A stretch of DNA of 57,056 nucleotides, filler included, from Jimgerdemannia flammicorona (taxonomy: Eukaryota): assembly GCA_003990765.1 (NCBI GenBank). It is 3 parts of 3 records of this genome, joined end to end, with 100 filler letters (N's around TTAATTAATTAA, not from the genome) between each part and the next. Parts side by side here need not be neighbours in the genome. Positions count along the whole stretch, not along the records: positions 38,108 to 57,056 come from RBNJ01002067.1; 2 more parts are not named here. One strand, given 5' to 3'. Position numbers and translations under genes: made by a program. The notes under the pieces are model-generated. The model did not search any database. It was given only the letters and a program-made list of their open reading frames with translations, and was not told where the DNA came from. Positions 38,717-52,938 of this stretch are shown piece after piece. Positions within the stretch are counted from its first letter, which is position 1, and each line of letters opens with the position of its first letter.

Positions 38717-41343
38717 TCATTCCCTCTTAATGAACATCAAAGGTCCCTGTGGATTGGCTTTAATGGACCGTGGCACCGCTGGAGTCGGCCTCACAATCCG
38801 GTACTTGCGGATGAGGATACACACGATTGTCTTGATCTCTTGAATGGCAAAAAAACGGCCGGGGCAGGCGTGCCTTAATGATATGATGGACATCGAGCGG
38901 GATGATTGGTTGGAACAGAAAAATTAATAAGTATGGAATCCGCGTAGAGCTGGCAAAATAATATGTATAAAAAATATTGAACATTGTGAGAACTCACTTT
39001 CCCATCCCGAATCGGAGATAGTCCACGCCGACTTTCGTTGCCTGTTTGTTCTTATTGACGAAGCGCCACGGGTTGAAGTTTTCCGGGTCAGGACCTTGGA
39101 GCTCTTCGTCGTACATAATCGACTGTGTATTCAGCAAGACATGCTCTCCTGAATTTAGTTGGTTAGGTGAGGAGAGAATATTACTTATGTGCGGACAGGA
39201 TAGGTATCCAAGCCATCCTCCTTAGCATTTCACAACAATACACGTACAAATCAAACAATACCTTTAGGAACTATTGTGCCATCTTCCAATGTGTATTCGC
39301 CCTTCGTTATGTTTTTATGGGGCAGCGTCGCAGGCTCTTCAGTGAGCCTGAAAATCTCTCGCAAGAGGCTATCAAGTTTGGCCATCTTCTTGATGGCCTT
39401 TGGTGAGAAACCAAAATCAGCCCGTGGTTCCCCGGCCTCTTCTTCGGCCTCTTCCTCGGCCATGACGGCATCTTGTTCGTCCAGTAACTCTTGGACGTAC
39501 TCCTCGTAGTCCGCGAGTACATAGAGCGCCAAAACGGAGTGCATTGTTGTAGTGTGGATTGAGGCAAAGACGAGTGATAGCAAATTGTGAGAAACGTCTT
39601 GAGTTACGACGGGGGCCGGTGTATCGGATGGAAAATGGTCAATCATGATTTGGAGAATATCTTGCTGTTTGGTGTGGGTGTGCAATGGGAGCGAGAGGTT
39701 AGCTTGGAAATGGATCGGTGGTGAGAATTGGAGGAGCGTCGGGAACTTACGGGTCGGGTCCAAGAGTCCCCTTGTTCGCGGGCCTCTTTTTTGCGGCGCT
39801 CAATTTCAGGGCCGGTGACCCTGCAGACGACAGCGAGATGGCGGGAGGTAGGATTCCTAAACCTAAACAAGTACCTTTAGGGCATAGGGTTTTGGCACAT
39901 ATTAGCATAGATTCCTCACTTGTGTCATCGATATTGGAATGAAGTGACGCTCACCTCTGGTACAGGATCGAGAGCCCGGGTATCAGCGCTGTCCACGTTA
40001 CTTTCGAAATTGCATTGCCGATGTCCGTAGTGAATATTTTTGCTGTCATGAGAAACTCCTCGTCGTTGCACAGTTCCTATTATATGAGTTGAGATAAGTG
40101 GTTCAATGCTACGAATTTCTTTGTGCGAGTGAGTGTTTTTTTTTTTTTTTTTTTTTTTTTTTTTGGCGTAGAATATATTCAAAGTGTAGCATAAAATAAA
40201 TAGCACATACCTCTCCGACAAACACACTGGCACCTATGACAGTACAAAATTTGATTGTTCGATGTTTAGTGGAAATATCAAGCCCAAGTAATGCTTCGAG
40301 AACGTCAAATAACAAAGAGGAGGCAATCCTGTTTCAGATACGTACTTGCTTTTGCAACCATGTCTTGGACCATAATGTAGGGTATTTCAATTGTTATGCT
40401 ATCTATTAATGTGGAGATCAATGGTGAGCATATAGGCTTTTTGTTTAACGGACCAGCAAATGCACAATACACTAAATGAAACCAAAAATTAACGGACCTT
40501 GCACACCACCCAACCAACTATCAATTGATTCGTGCAGCTGTTCATACTGGGTTGTTAGGTTTCAAAAAATTTCAAAACGAGCTTCTAGCGATTTAAAATA
40601 AGAGAAACATTTTACCTTGCGCACGACACGGGGCGTGTAGGATTTGAGATTTGGGGTGATGTGCTTGGCGATTATGGCGTGAATGTCCATGTTTTCCGGT
40701 TTGTTACCCCGGGTCATGTATTCGATATCAAATGACTGGAGTTGAATGGATTATGTCAGTTCGTAGAATCGGTAGAAGGGCATCGAAGTAGACGAAATCG
40801 TGGCGTGTCGACTTCCGAGTGACTTACGTCAGTGAAGGCCTTAAGAAAACTTAAATTTTCGTCGGTGGCGACATTTCGCACCAATTCTTTGCCCACGACA
40901 GTCTTTAAGGGAGAGCGCATAAATTTGGTTTCATCAGCGTTATTAATGTTTAATCATTCACGGTAGAGATATTACCGCGTCAACAGCAACGCTCACCTTC
41001 ACACGTCCATTGGTGTATATGCGGAACACGGATCCATATTTTTCGGTAGCATCCTTAATAAATTTGGTCGGATTCGCATCCCACTCCCATGTGCTTCCGA
41101 TGATGGGAATCTGGTATGGCACGAGGGGAATGGATTGCTGTGGGAGTTGAAATTGATATGATTAATTAGCTTTGCTAAAACCAACCTAGAAATTGAAAAC
41201 TAGCAATTCCCCACCTTATTTCCGTCCTTCCATCGCTGCGCGAGGTATAGAGCAACACCAAGCGAGACTCCGTATCCGAGAATCTTGGCGCTCGTCGAGT
41301 CAAGGTGGGAACCGAAGATCATTTTGGGAATGGTGTTTTCCAT
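38717..41343 (-). CDS. Cytochrome P450 (CYP503/CYP512-like, FASIHTT type), 12 exons, apparently intact
   Basis: Spliced by eye with GT-AG introns: MENTIPK..TM helix, IPLVPYQIPIIGST, KYGSVFRI, I-helix FASIHTT, K-helix REIFR, FNPWRF, heme motif FGMGK/HACPGRFFA, stop TGA at 38717-38719. Confidence 0.93.
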
Positions 41344-42547
41344 TCCGGTTTCGAATGTCTGATATGCTGCAAAATGGATGGTATTAAGCGTAAAAGTTTG
41401 TAGGATCCAGAACGCGAATTGTAGGAAGGGTGGTGAGTTTGGGTTAAGAACGGTCGCCGCCTTTTCTTTTTATTCTTTTTTTTTTTTTTTTGGTGTCATC
41501 CTATTCACCGATATTAATTCCAAGGCGTCGGTTGATATATACAATTATGACTAGTATGATTGTTGTCAAACACGAAAAATATCCGTGATTCCGCGCCCTG
41601 GATCTGTCTGATTGTAACGTGACTGCCAAAGAGTCCCGTATATCCGCGCCCTTTGTCTCCGTTCGGTGCGGCGCATCTATAAACCTCAAAAATTTTGAAG
41701 AAATAGTACATAAAAAAACAAATATATATTAAAAATCTAACTCTATAAAATGATTCTCTGATTGATTTACTACAATGTAATAGAGCCAGAATTTTCATTT
41801 AATTTTTTTTCTAATTAATTTTTTATTATTATATTGAGTCAGATTATGGCGCCAGTCACATACTCCTTAAAAAGGAAATCACCATATAAATTTTATAATA
41901 CTATATAAATTTTATAATACTAAATTTTATAAATGAACAGATGCCGACAGATAGATAGCCCCTTTCTCTACTACTATACTGGTTACAAGGTTTTGGTAAA
42001 TAACCTTCTGGGTCCTCTTTTCTCTGCTTTTACTCCCTCTATCTCAGATTGGTTTACTATACCTATAAGAATATAGTAAAAGAGAGGTAATAGTGATGAG
42101 TTGCTCTTTTATCATTATCAGATCAGTGTCTTCTCTACTTTTTTATAGTTTCTAGTATCTCTGGCTTTATCTGCAGTATATCTATTTTGGTATGATATCT
42201 TCTTTTTTTTGCTATTATCAATAAGATATTATTTTAGTATATTATAGATTATATAGAGAGTTAGTTGACCTTAGATATTAAGTATTAGTATAGATTATCT
42301 ATAGATCCTTGATATTTGTAGTGAGACTCTCTGAGCTTTAGCAAGCTTCTTAGTAAGTATAGTTCTGATATAGGTGACTGTCTCTTGAGTGGAGTTAGAA
42401 TAAAACAAGAGATGACTATTATAAATAAGTAAAAGAGTAATTATAGTAAACTAGTTGAGTGCTAGACTGGTGATAGTTATTAGAACTGAGACAGATGCTG
42501 TATTAATAGAGTCTTCTGATTAGTACAGAGTAGTTATATAATAAGTA

Positions 42548-44595
42548 TATAAGAGGGTTATTTAAAAGTACTATTACTTAGTTCTGGAAGAGTTTTCTGG
42601 AAGTTCTAGATATTCTGGAAGACTGTTTTCTTAAAGTTAAAATCAATTTTATATAGAGTATATTCTCTATACTTATTGATTTTTAGATTAGATTAATGTC
42701 TTAACCAAAGTCCTTTTTCGGACTAGTTCTGGATGTTCAGGATTTATCATATTTCAGAAGTTTAAAAAACTAAGACTAGCTTAGTTAAATTAGCATATTG
42801 CTGCAGATAATATCTAATTAAAAAATTTTATAATATAGTTAGAAGTAGGATCTAACAGGGTATAAATTTACTTAAGAGTAGTTTGTGAGTTATTAATTAG
42901 ATTTATTTGCTATTTATGATATTACTATACTAGGAGTAGTTATATAAAAAGGTATTATGAAGAAATATTCAGGAGTTCTTATATTCAGATTGTTTAAGTC
43001 TGAGTTTCTGAGATCTGAAGGAGGGGATATTTATACTAATGGAAGGCTATCTAGACTATGCTAAATATAGATATAGTACTTAGTATCTTACTGAGTTAGA
43101 ATATAGTCACATAGTATAATTGTAAACTGAAATGTCAAGAGATCATCTGATTGCTGAGTCAGTATATAGTTATATTATATAATATTAATTTAACTATACT
43201 AATGATTATTAAGCTATCTATAGATTTAGATATTATCTAGATAGTCTTTAGTGATATTACTATCAATGACATCATCTCTGATAAAATAATTATCTAGGAA
43301 GAGTGATTCTTAGATTACTTTTCTCTGTTTACTCAGATAATAATATACATATTAGAATTATATCACTATCCTATAGAATAGTATTATCTATTTTATATAC
43401 TAGATATAGAGTTGGTAGGTGAAAGAGAGATATATTATCTTTACTTTCATCAGATTCACTGTCTGCATACCTTCTATAGGTTACAGCACTATATATTGCT
43501 AGATTGTAGTAAGCTAGTGGCTATTCTTTATATTACTTATACTCAGATAGTAGAGTTGTTAGTTTAATTTTAAGGATTGTCTGGAGATATAAATTGTGTT
43601 CTCTGGTCTCTTCATTGTAGTTGAAGTAGTTGGACATAAATATAGGTTAGTACTCAAACCAGTGGTCATTATCTCAATAGGTCTTGTAGATGATTATAAA
43701 CTATTATAAGTTTATTAATAAGATTGGTAGAGTAATCAGAGCTGGCAGAAATTCTTAGCTGGAGATCATATTGGTATCAGAGAGATTGTTATCTTCTACT
43801 TTATCATTATTGAACTAGATTATATTATAGATATTCTTTATGATATATCCAACTTGAGATATTTATAGAATATAGTCATCAGAGTATGAGAAGATTCTGT
43901 CTATAGTTTGAATATACTTAATATACTTGTGGTTGAGTTCTTATACCATATCATCAATTTGGCTATAGGACAGAGTAGCAATCATTTTAGTAGTAGTAAT
44001 TTAGAGATAGAGAATAAAGATACTGTACTTATAGAAGAGATCTCAGTATTTATGAGTGATAAGTTTCTAGTGTTGAGATATCTGGATAATATCTATATCA
44101 TAGTAGTATTTGATCATATCTTTTAGGAGGTGATCAATCTGATAGTAGCTTGAGATTTATCTAATTTAGTAGACTTTACTGAGTATGTTCAGGGTATTTC
44201 ATCAGGCTTCTATAAAGTAGAGATATCAGACTATAGATATTCATAAGAAACAAGAGAGAGATAGCTTGGTTGACAATAATATTCCAAATATCAGTATAGA
44301 TACAGTTGTAGATCTCAGTAGTTATGATTATATATATGTTTAAAAGTTGTAGTTATTTGTTTGATTCATTATAGTTCTCTGTTTCAATATATCTAAGTAC
44401 TCAGAATATATATATTTAGTTCTGATTGATAAGATTCTGTTTATATAAATCTTATATTCTGTACTTCAAGTTGACTCAGCTTTATGCTCTGTAACTTTAG
44501 TTCAACTCAGCTTTGTGATCTTGTATGTGATTTCTAGATTTATTTAGAGGGTGATATATATGTGATTTTGATAGCTTAGAGATTGTATACTTACA
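42548..44595 (-). repeat. Element C 3' LTR (~2.05 kb)
   Basis: Aligns end to end with 51086-54858 once two insertions are removed; TATA at ~43021-43037. Confidence 0.92.
43226..44369 (-). pseudogene. Accessory ORF (~380 codons) inside U3 of the element C LTR; second copy in the 5' LTR
   Basis: ATG at 44369. The two-copy consensus reads MNQTNN..LYFVKVRWNSLNILSEVYQIEQISSYYQIGHLLEDM..KYRDLFYKYSIFI..SESDESKDNAP..; many stops and some frameshifts. Confidence 0.6.
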
Positions 44596-47500
44596 ACTCT
44601 CTCCTTTTTAGCTTTTGATATTCTTGTTGAGGTCTTCTAATTTTGGTCTAGTATTGTTACACTATTTGAATGATCAAAAGTCTGGTAATGTTCATTTTTC
44701 TCAGAAAGTAGCATGCTTATAGTACAGTTACCTAATATATTAGATTTATATATTAAAGGATCATATATTTGATACTATATACCAGAAGTGATTCTGACAT
44801 TATTTACTGCTAGAGAATTTCCTCTAAGGAATCTCCTTAAATATCTATACCCCATTTTTTACCAGTAGTATAAAGAGAATAGACTGGCTTTCAGTTTTGC
44901 TATTTCTCTAAAGGATCAGTATTCTTTTATTTTATCTTTGCTGAGTTTTTGATTTCATTTATGATAATTATAAAAGTACTTAATATTCAGAAGTAGTAGT
45001 ATATAGTATAGAACTGATAGGTGTTGGAGTATTCAGTTTTCAGTTATTCAAAGAATTATATTCTTAAACTAAGTCCATGGCATTCTAGAGGTTAGTCTTG
45101 GGTTCCTATATTGTATTATAAATTAAATAATCTTTCTATTTGACAAGATATTCTGGATGGTTTTTGTTATTATATTTGTTGAGAATTTGTTCAACTTTAT
45201 ATTCTTCTTAATCATTAATAATAACAGATATAGATAGTTCTATAGTTTGGTTCAGAAATAGCTCATTATCATTTTCATTATATTGCTTAAGATATTGGAT
45301 ATTGAAGACTGAGTGAATCTTGATAGTGTCTGATAGTACCAATTTGTAGAAAGTTGGAGAGACTTATGTGATAACTTCAAATGGTCTAATAAATTTACTA
45401 TTCAGTTTCATAGATGGTCTGTACTTAAGGTTGTCAACTCAGTATCCTCAGATATCTAATAGAACTTTTTCTTTTATATCAAAAGTTTCTTCTTAGTAGT
45501 GCTGGTTGATATATTATAATTGTTATTCTTGAGCTTAGGATAAATTCTTGATTGTAATCTGACTTAAGTTATATATTCAGAGTAGGAATTCTTCAACAGC
45601 TTCAATAGTAGAGAGTTCATTAGTAGTTCAGATAAGTATCAGAGGGGTGTTTAGGTTTTGTTCTATATTGATGAAGAATAGGGTCATTCTAAGAGAGGCT
45701 TGCTTGCTATTATTGTAGGCAAACTCAACTGTGGTGAGGTATTTATGCCAATTATCTTATCTATAGAAAATATAGTTCCTTAGTATTTGTTCTAGAGTTC
45801 AGTTCATTCTTTCAGTTTGATCATCAGTTTTGGGGTAAAAAACTGTAGATAGTACAAGTTTCATTCAAAGGTATATATAAAGAACTTTCTAAAAACAGCT
45901 GGTAAATTTTGGGTCTTGGTCACTAATAATGATCTTGAGAAAACCATAATAGTAAAAGATATTATCAAACAAGAGTGTGGTTATATCTGGTACTATAGTG
46001 GTAGTAGTAGTTGATACAAAATAAGCCTATTTGCTAAGATAGTCTATGAAGATAATAATTATATCTTTTCTATTTTTGATTTGGGATAGTTATATAATGA
46101 AGTCTATAGAAATTAATTCCCAATTAGTAGATAGTACTAGAATAGGGTAGAGTAGACCAAGTTTTACTAGTGTTGAGAACTTATTGCATTAGCAGGTATC
46201 ACAGAAAGTAATATAAGTCTTTAGCTGATCTATCATGCAGAGCTAATAGAAGTTTTGAGAAATAACTTTATAGTATTTATTAAATCCTAGATGTTTGACT
46301 ATAGGGACATCATGATATTCAAATAGAATAGTTTTTTGGATATCTTGATTGTTTGGAACATACAATCTATTCTTATAGTAGATAGCATTATTCTTTAGTT
46401 GGTATTAGTAATACTAGATATACTTATTAATATTATTACTGTTCAGAATTTCTCAGAGTATCTGAGCTTCTTTATTATCAATATATGTTATAATGATTTA
46501 TTCCATAATAGAGTTAGTAACCAAGGTGAGAGTTTGGATAACTTCTTTAATTAGTGGTCTGAAAATTGCATCAGCAACAATATTCTCCTTACTAGATTGA
46601 TACTGGATTTTATAGTCAAAGTTGGTGAGAACTTTCACTCATCTAGCTTGCTTTTGAAAAAGGGTAGCCTGGGTCTTAATATTGACTAATAATTTGTAGT
46701 CTGTTAAAATAATGAAATGTAATCCTTCAAGATATAGTTGCCATTTAATCAGAGTATCTATAATAGCTAATATTTCTTTCTTGTGGATTACATAGTTGAT
46801 TTCAGCATTATTAAACTTACAGAAATGATAGGCCACAGGGTGTCCTTCATACATAAGTACTGCTCCAAGAGCTAGGTCAGAGGCATTAGTAATAACTTCA
46901 TAAGATAGGGCAGAGTTTGCTGCTTGAAGTACTAGAGTAGTTATCAAGATATCTTTTAGTACTTGAAAGACTATATCTTGTTCAGGTCTCCAATTTACAA
47001 GATTATTGAAGTCTTTTTCTTATTTTGTAGTTCAAGATTATTCTTCTTTTTTGCTGTACTTAGTCATTTGAGTAAGAGCAGTAGTGATCTTAGTGAAGTT
47101 AGCAATAAATTGTCAGTAATAGTTTGCTAGTCCTAGGAATAACTGGAGGTCCTTCAACTTCTTGAATCTGGGCCATTTCTTGATTACAGAGATTTTGCTG
47201 GAGTCCACTTTTATTTTATTAAAAGTAATAATATATCTAAGGAATTGGATTTCCTTCAAGTGAAATTCACATTTATTGAGTTTTACAAAGAGTTAGTTTT
47301 CTTGAAGCTTCAGTAGTACTAGTTTAAAATGTTCAAGATATTCCTCCAGAGTTTTTCTGAAGACTAAGATACATATCATCAATGTAAACAATAATAAATT
47401 TGTCTAGATATGAGTATAGGATAGTATTCATCAGTATCTGGAAGATTGTATGAGTATTAGTTAAGCTAAAAGATATAACCAAGAACTCGAAATATCCATA

Positions 47501-48679
47501 GTAAGTTTGAAAGACTGTCTTATAGATGTCTTTTTCTTTTATGACAATTTGTTAGTAACTATTTCACAGATCAAAAGAGCTCATAAATTGTGAGTTGATA
47601 AGCCTATCAAATATTTCATCAATTTAGAGTAGTGGATAATAGTTCTTGATGGTCTGTTTATTGAGGTCTTGATAATCAATATATATTTATAGGTCTCCTT
47701 CTTTCTTGACAATAAAGAGGACTAATATACTATAGAGTAATAGACTAGATCTAATAAATTCTTATTCTAGGAGTTCATCAATCTCTTTCTTAAGTATATT
47801 GATTTTCTTAGAAGATATATAGTAAATTGACTTAAAGACAGGCTTGGTATCTGAAATAGTCTTGATGATATAATCTACTACTCATTTAGATGATAGGTCT
47901 TCCAGGAGTTTCTTTGGGAATATGTCTCAGAATTTCTGGAGTAATGGTCTGATATGGCTGTCAATTGTAAAAAAGTCTTCTTCAAGATTTTCAGGTTCTT
48001 CTTTGGATAGACAGATAGAGATAGTAAAGAGAGAGCATTTCTTGGCCAATTTCTTGAGTTATAGCTTATTGATGTGAGTGATCCTTGGTCTGGGATCACT
48101 AGAACTGAGTAGGTCCTTTTCACCTTGTAGTTTGAAATTGTAGCATCCTTTCTTGATGATCAAAGAATAGTTTACCCAGTCAATCATAGGGTTCCAAGGA
48201 TGATTTCATTGTCAGAAAGTAGTATGATCTAGAGTATAATATATTTGATAGTTATTAATTTAGAAGAGTAAGTTGAAGACTTCTTTGCTAATAATATATA
48301 AGATTTCATCAGCTATAGCAACTGCTTGAGTTTATTGTACTGGAGAGGTTAAGACCTTGAGTCTGTTGGCTATTTCTTCATTGATAAAGTTGCCTGAGGC
48401 ACCACTATTTATCATAATCTTAACAGATACTTAGTTGACAAAAGCTTGGAGTGTAAGTAGTTTGTCTGATCCAATAGTAGTGATTTTAGTTAAAAGAGCT
48501 TTTCTTCTATTGGTTCTCCTTTAGGCCAGTTCATTGACACAAAAGAAGCAATTGTTGATTATTTAGAAAGAGTACATTTCAATATCATGAGGGTATTAGC
48601 CACTTGGTACAAATCTATCTTCAATTTTCTTATAGAATTGTTCTTTTTTATTTGTAGTAGGTTGGGCTGGGGTCTTGTT

Positions 48680-49040
48680 TGATGAGTCAAATCCTTTGGA
48701 TCCTCAGATAGTAGGCAGTAGTTTAGAGACTTTCTTGACTATCAGAGTTGATTTAATTTTCTTAAATAGAATCTGAGTAATACAAAATCCAATAGAGATC
48801 TTGAATAGTATCTAGCTATAGTTTTGGATGAGGATAATAATTTTGCCTATATTATCTTCATCAATGACTCCTCCTTCTACTGAAAGTTCTTTCAATACTA
48901 GGCTACTGTAACAGTATACATATTCTTCTAATATATTCTTCAGGAATTTGAATGCTAATTCCTATATAGACTTACTTAACTTCTTGGTTGGAAACTATAG
49001 CTTCTTCAGTTGTATATAGATCATATATAGCTGCTTTTTG
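48680..49040 (-). pseudogene. dUTPase domain of element C, upstream of the protease
   Basis: AAIYDLYTTE (motif I)..GISIQIPE..SSLVLKELSVEGGVIDEDNIGKI..ITQILF..*GSKGFDSS; lies between the gag zinc knuckle (~49200) and the protease (~48400). Confidence 0.85.
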
Positions 49041-52000
49041 ACTTCCTTTAGTTGGGGCCTTAGCAGTTTGCCTTAATTTAACAAAATTCAATATTTTGGT
49101 AGTTAGATTATTGAGATGGTGCAGGGTAGTAACAGTTGCTCATATTGCTGTTCAGGGTTTTTAGTTAAAGTAGACACTAACTATATATTCTGTCTTTTAG
49201 ATAGAAGTATGTTCCACTTCTTCAGAGTTAGTTTCTTTCTCCTTCAGTGAGTTTCTTAAAGATACTTGGCTAGATGAGTTCAGAATTTTGGGGTATCTAA
49301 GAGGTAGATATAAAGAGAGCTCAAGATACTTCATGCTTAGGTTCTTCTTTCTTAGTCCAAGTTTTTTTTTTATTATTGAATTGTCTTTGAGGTAGAATTG
49401 GTCTTGATTCTTACCAGGCACTATTATTGGTGATTGCAACCAACTGAGTGTTTTTATTTTTGGATTTTTCTTGTAAGCTATTCAGATAGTACATTGAATA
49501 AATGATCTGCTCTTATACTATTTCATACTTCATCATGGCAATGTATCTTAGACCAATAGTATTTAGGAGTAACTCAAGTTTTATATAGAAGATTTCAAAT
49601 TCCTTCTTGCCATATATATCAAATTTGAGATTATAGAGTTTAACTCAAGATTCAGCAATCAGAGTTTTGCTACAATATTGAGTAATCATAAATTGTTTGA
49701 GTCCAAGGGCTACAGAATAGTCTCTATATTCTGGGGCATTATTTGCTGTATTTTGAGTAATGACTGTAGGTCAGATATCTCTGTAAGGAGTTTTTCAGAA
49801 AGAGTTTGCATTATTCTTCAGCAGGTCCTCAGAAGAATGTAACAACTTGGTGAACATAAGTTAGGGTAATAGAAAAAGAGTTATTCCAGAGTGTGATCTT
49901 AATTGTTTATTAGAAAGTAATCAGCAGCTCATTCATTGGTCTATTGGTTGGCTTTGAAATTGATATCAACTATACTAATGAAGTTTTGAACTTCTTGTAT
50001 AGTATCATTGAAGATAGGTAGGCTCAGACTTTTTGTTGATTGAGTCTGTTTAGCTAAGATAGTAATGGTTGCTATCATTATAACTACCTGAGCTATAAGG
50101 TCTAGAATCTGTTGATTTGCCATATTATTTACTAAAGGTGGTTGGACTACTGATAGTAGTATTATTGATATAACTTGAGATACTAATACAGAGTATAATA
50201 GTGTTCTTTGAGTCTGTATAAGTTGCTGAAGTAATTGTTGTAAGTCTGGAGTAAGGGCTTGATAAATAGCTATCTATTGCTATATAGGTATGTTTTGTTC
50301 TGATAGAGATGTATCTCTTTCAGTAGTATATTTAGGATCAAATTCACTAAGATACTCCTTCTCTTCTTTGCTGTAGTCCCCATGTAGTTGAGTTTGCTCA
50401 ATATTGAAGTAGATAGTATTAGTTATATATTGGATTTCAGATGAGCTTAATTCAAAAGCTGGTTCTGGTTCAGTATTGATTTCAGTTTCAGATAGAGCTA
50501 TAGCTAGGCCTGCTTCTGGTTCAGGATCAGGTTGTTGACAAAGGGTTTCTCTTACTTCTTCCTTAAGAATATAATAGGCCTTATAATTCTAGAAGTAGTT
50601 ATATAAGACAGTCTTAGTTCTAGTACAGTAATACTCAGTAGAGTTGAGCTACTTAGCTACTAAGGCTTAGGCTTTGTGAGAAACTAAGGCTAGAAAGACT
50701 ACTGCTGGTTATCCTAGGTTGTTCAGATTTGTAGAGCTGACAAAACTCTTATTAAGAAGAGTAAAGAAAGTTTCTATAAGACCTTCTTCATCTTGACTTG
50801 TAAGGTATAGAGTAAGAAGTTTAGTATATAGAATTTTACCTATCTGCTGATTTAATTAGAGTACTTTTTTTTGTAAATAAAGTCTGTCTCACTTATTATA
50901 GGTGTGGAGATCAAATTGTCCTTATATATCAGGTTCAATTCTCTTCAGATTATCAGATGGTTTGGAATGAATTTTAATTCAGAGGTTGGTCTTTATATCA
51001 ACTTATAGAAATTTTTATAGAGATTTGTAATAGAGAGAGAAAGTATTTTGAAGTAGAATTGAATTATAAATTACTGCTACTAAGTTGTAAGAGAATTACT
51101 TATAAAAGTACTATTACTTAATTCTGGAAGAGTTTTCTGAAACTTCTAGATATTCTGAAAGACTGTTTTCTTAAGATCAAGATCAATTTTATATAGAATA
51201 TATTCTCTATACTTATTGATTTCTAGATCAGGTTGATATCTCAACCAAAGTTCTTTTTCAGACTAGTTCTGGATGTTCAGAATTTTTCATATTTTGGAAG
51301 TTTAAGAAACTAAGACCAGCTTAGTTGAATCAGCATTTTACTGCAGACAATACTTAATTAGAAAATTTCATAATATAGTTAGGAGTAAGACCTAACAGAG
51401 TGTAGATTTACTTAAGAGTAGTTTGTGGGTTATTAAATAGATTTATTTATTATTTATGATATTATTATACTAAGAGTAGTTGTGTGAAAGAGTATTGTGG
51501 AGAAGTGTTTAAGAGTTCTTATATATTTAGATTATTTAAGTCTGAGTTTCTGAGGTCTAGAAGAGGGGGTATTTATACTAATAGGAGACTATCTAGACTA
51601 TATTAAATATAGATATAGCACTTAGTACCTTACTGAGTTGGAATATAGTCACATAGTATAATTGTGAACTAACATATCAAGAGATCATCTGACTGCTGAG
51701 TTAGTATACAGTTATATTATATAATGCTAATCTAACTATACTAATGACTACTAAACTATCTATAGATTTAGATACTATCTGAGTAGTCTTCAATGACATT
51801 ACTATCAATGATATCATCTCTGATAAAGTAGTTGTCTAGGAAGAGTAGTTCTTGGATTATTTCTCTCTGTTTACTTAGGTAATAATATATTGGAATTATA
51901 TCACTATTTTATAGGATAGCATCATCTATTTCATATACTAGATATAGAGTTGGTAGGCAAAGGAGAGGTGCATTATCTTTGCTTTCATCAGATTCACTAT

Positions 52001-52449
52001 CTGTATACTTTTTATAGGTTATATATATTACTATATATATATTGCTGAGTTATAGTAAGCTGATAACTATTCTTCATGTTACTTGTACTTGGGTAATATA
52101 GTTATTAGTTCAATCTCAAGAGTTGTCTGGAGATATAGGTTGTATTCTCCAATCTCTTCATTGTAGTTGAAGTAGTCAGATATAAATATGAGTTAGTACT
52201 CATATTAGTGGTCATTATCTCAATAGGTCTCATAAGTGATTATGAACTGTTGTAAGTTTATTAGTAAGGTTGGCAGAGTGATCAGGACTAGTAGGGATCT
52301 TTGGCTGAAGATTATATCAGTATCAGAGAGATTATTATCTTCTGCTTTATCATTATCAAACTAGATTATATTATAGATATCCTTTATGATATATCTAACT
52401 TGAGATATTTATAGGATATAGTCATCAGAGTATAGAAAGGTTCTGTCTG

Positions 52450-52898
52450 GGGAGCATTTGAGAGTAGTGTATAGGGGATATAGTATGTGGGGCCAGTGGG
52501 AGGACTTGAGGGATAGACTGGTGGGGGGGGGGTGAGAAAGAAGTAGCTTATATTAGATTGAGTTCTGGCAATTTAGGTGGAGTTGGCAGGTTACTGGTTA
52601 TTTGTTTTTAAAGGTAGGAGGTGACTAAGCTTGGGGGATTGGCTGCTGTGCTGGCATAGACTTGTAGAAGACACCCTGACAGACTGGTGGCTTGGTTGGG
52701 AATTGCAGAGTAGGCAAAGGCATCACTTAGTAGAGAAGATTTGTGGGCAGAGTGGAGGTAGAGTGAGAGTGATAGGTGCAAAGGTAGCTTTTATTGATAA
52801 TGATGCAGGGGGAGGTTCCTCTATGAGGATCAGGTAGTGGAAGGCAATATTATAAACTTACTTTATAGAATAGTAATAAATGGTAAAGTCCAAGTAAC

Positions 52899-52936
<38 letters not shown>

Positions 52937-52938
52937 AG
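52450..52938 (+). mobile_element. 5'-truncated LINE 3' end with poly(A)
   Basis: WLLCWHRLVEDTLTDWWLGW..HLVEKICGQSGG matches the ORF2 C-terminus. Poly(A) 52902-52934. TSD AAGGTTCTGTCTG (52437-52449 / 52939-52951). Empty site in the other LTR near 43890. Confidence 0.93.
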
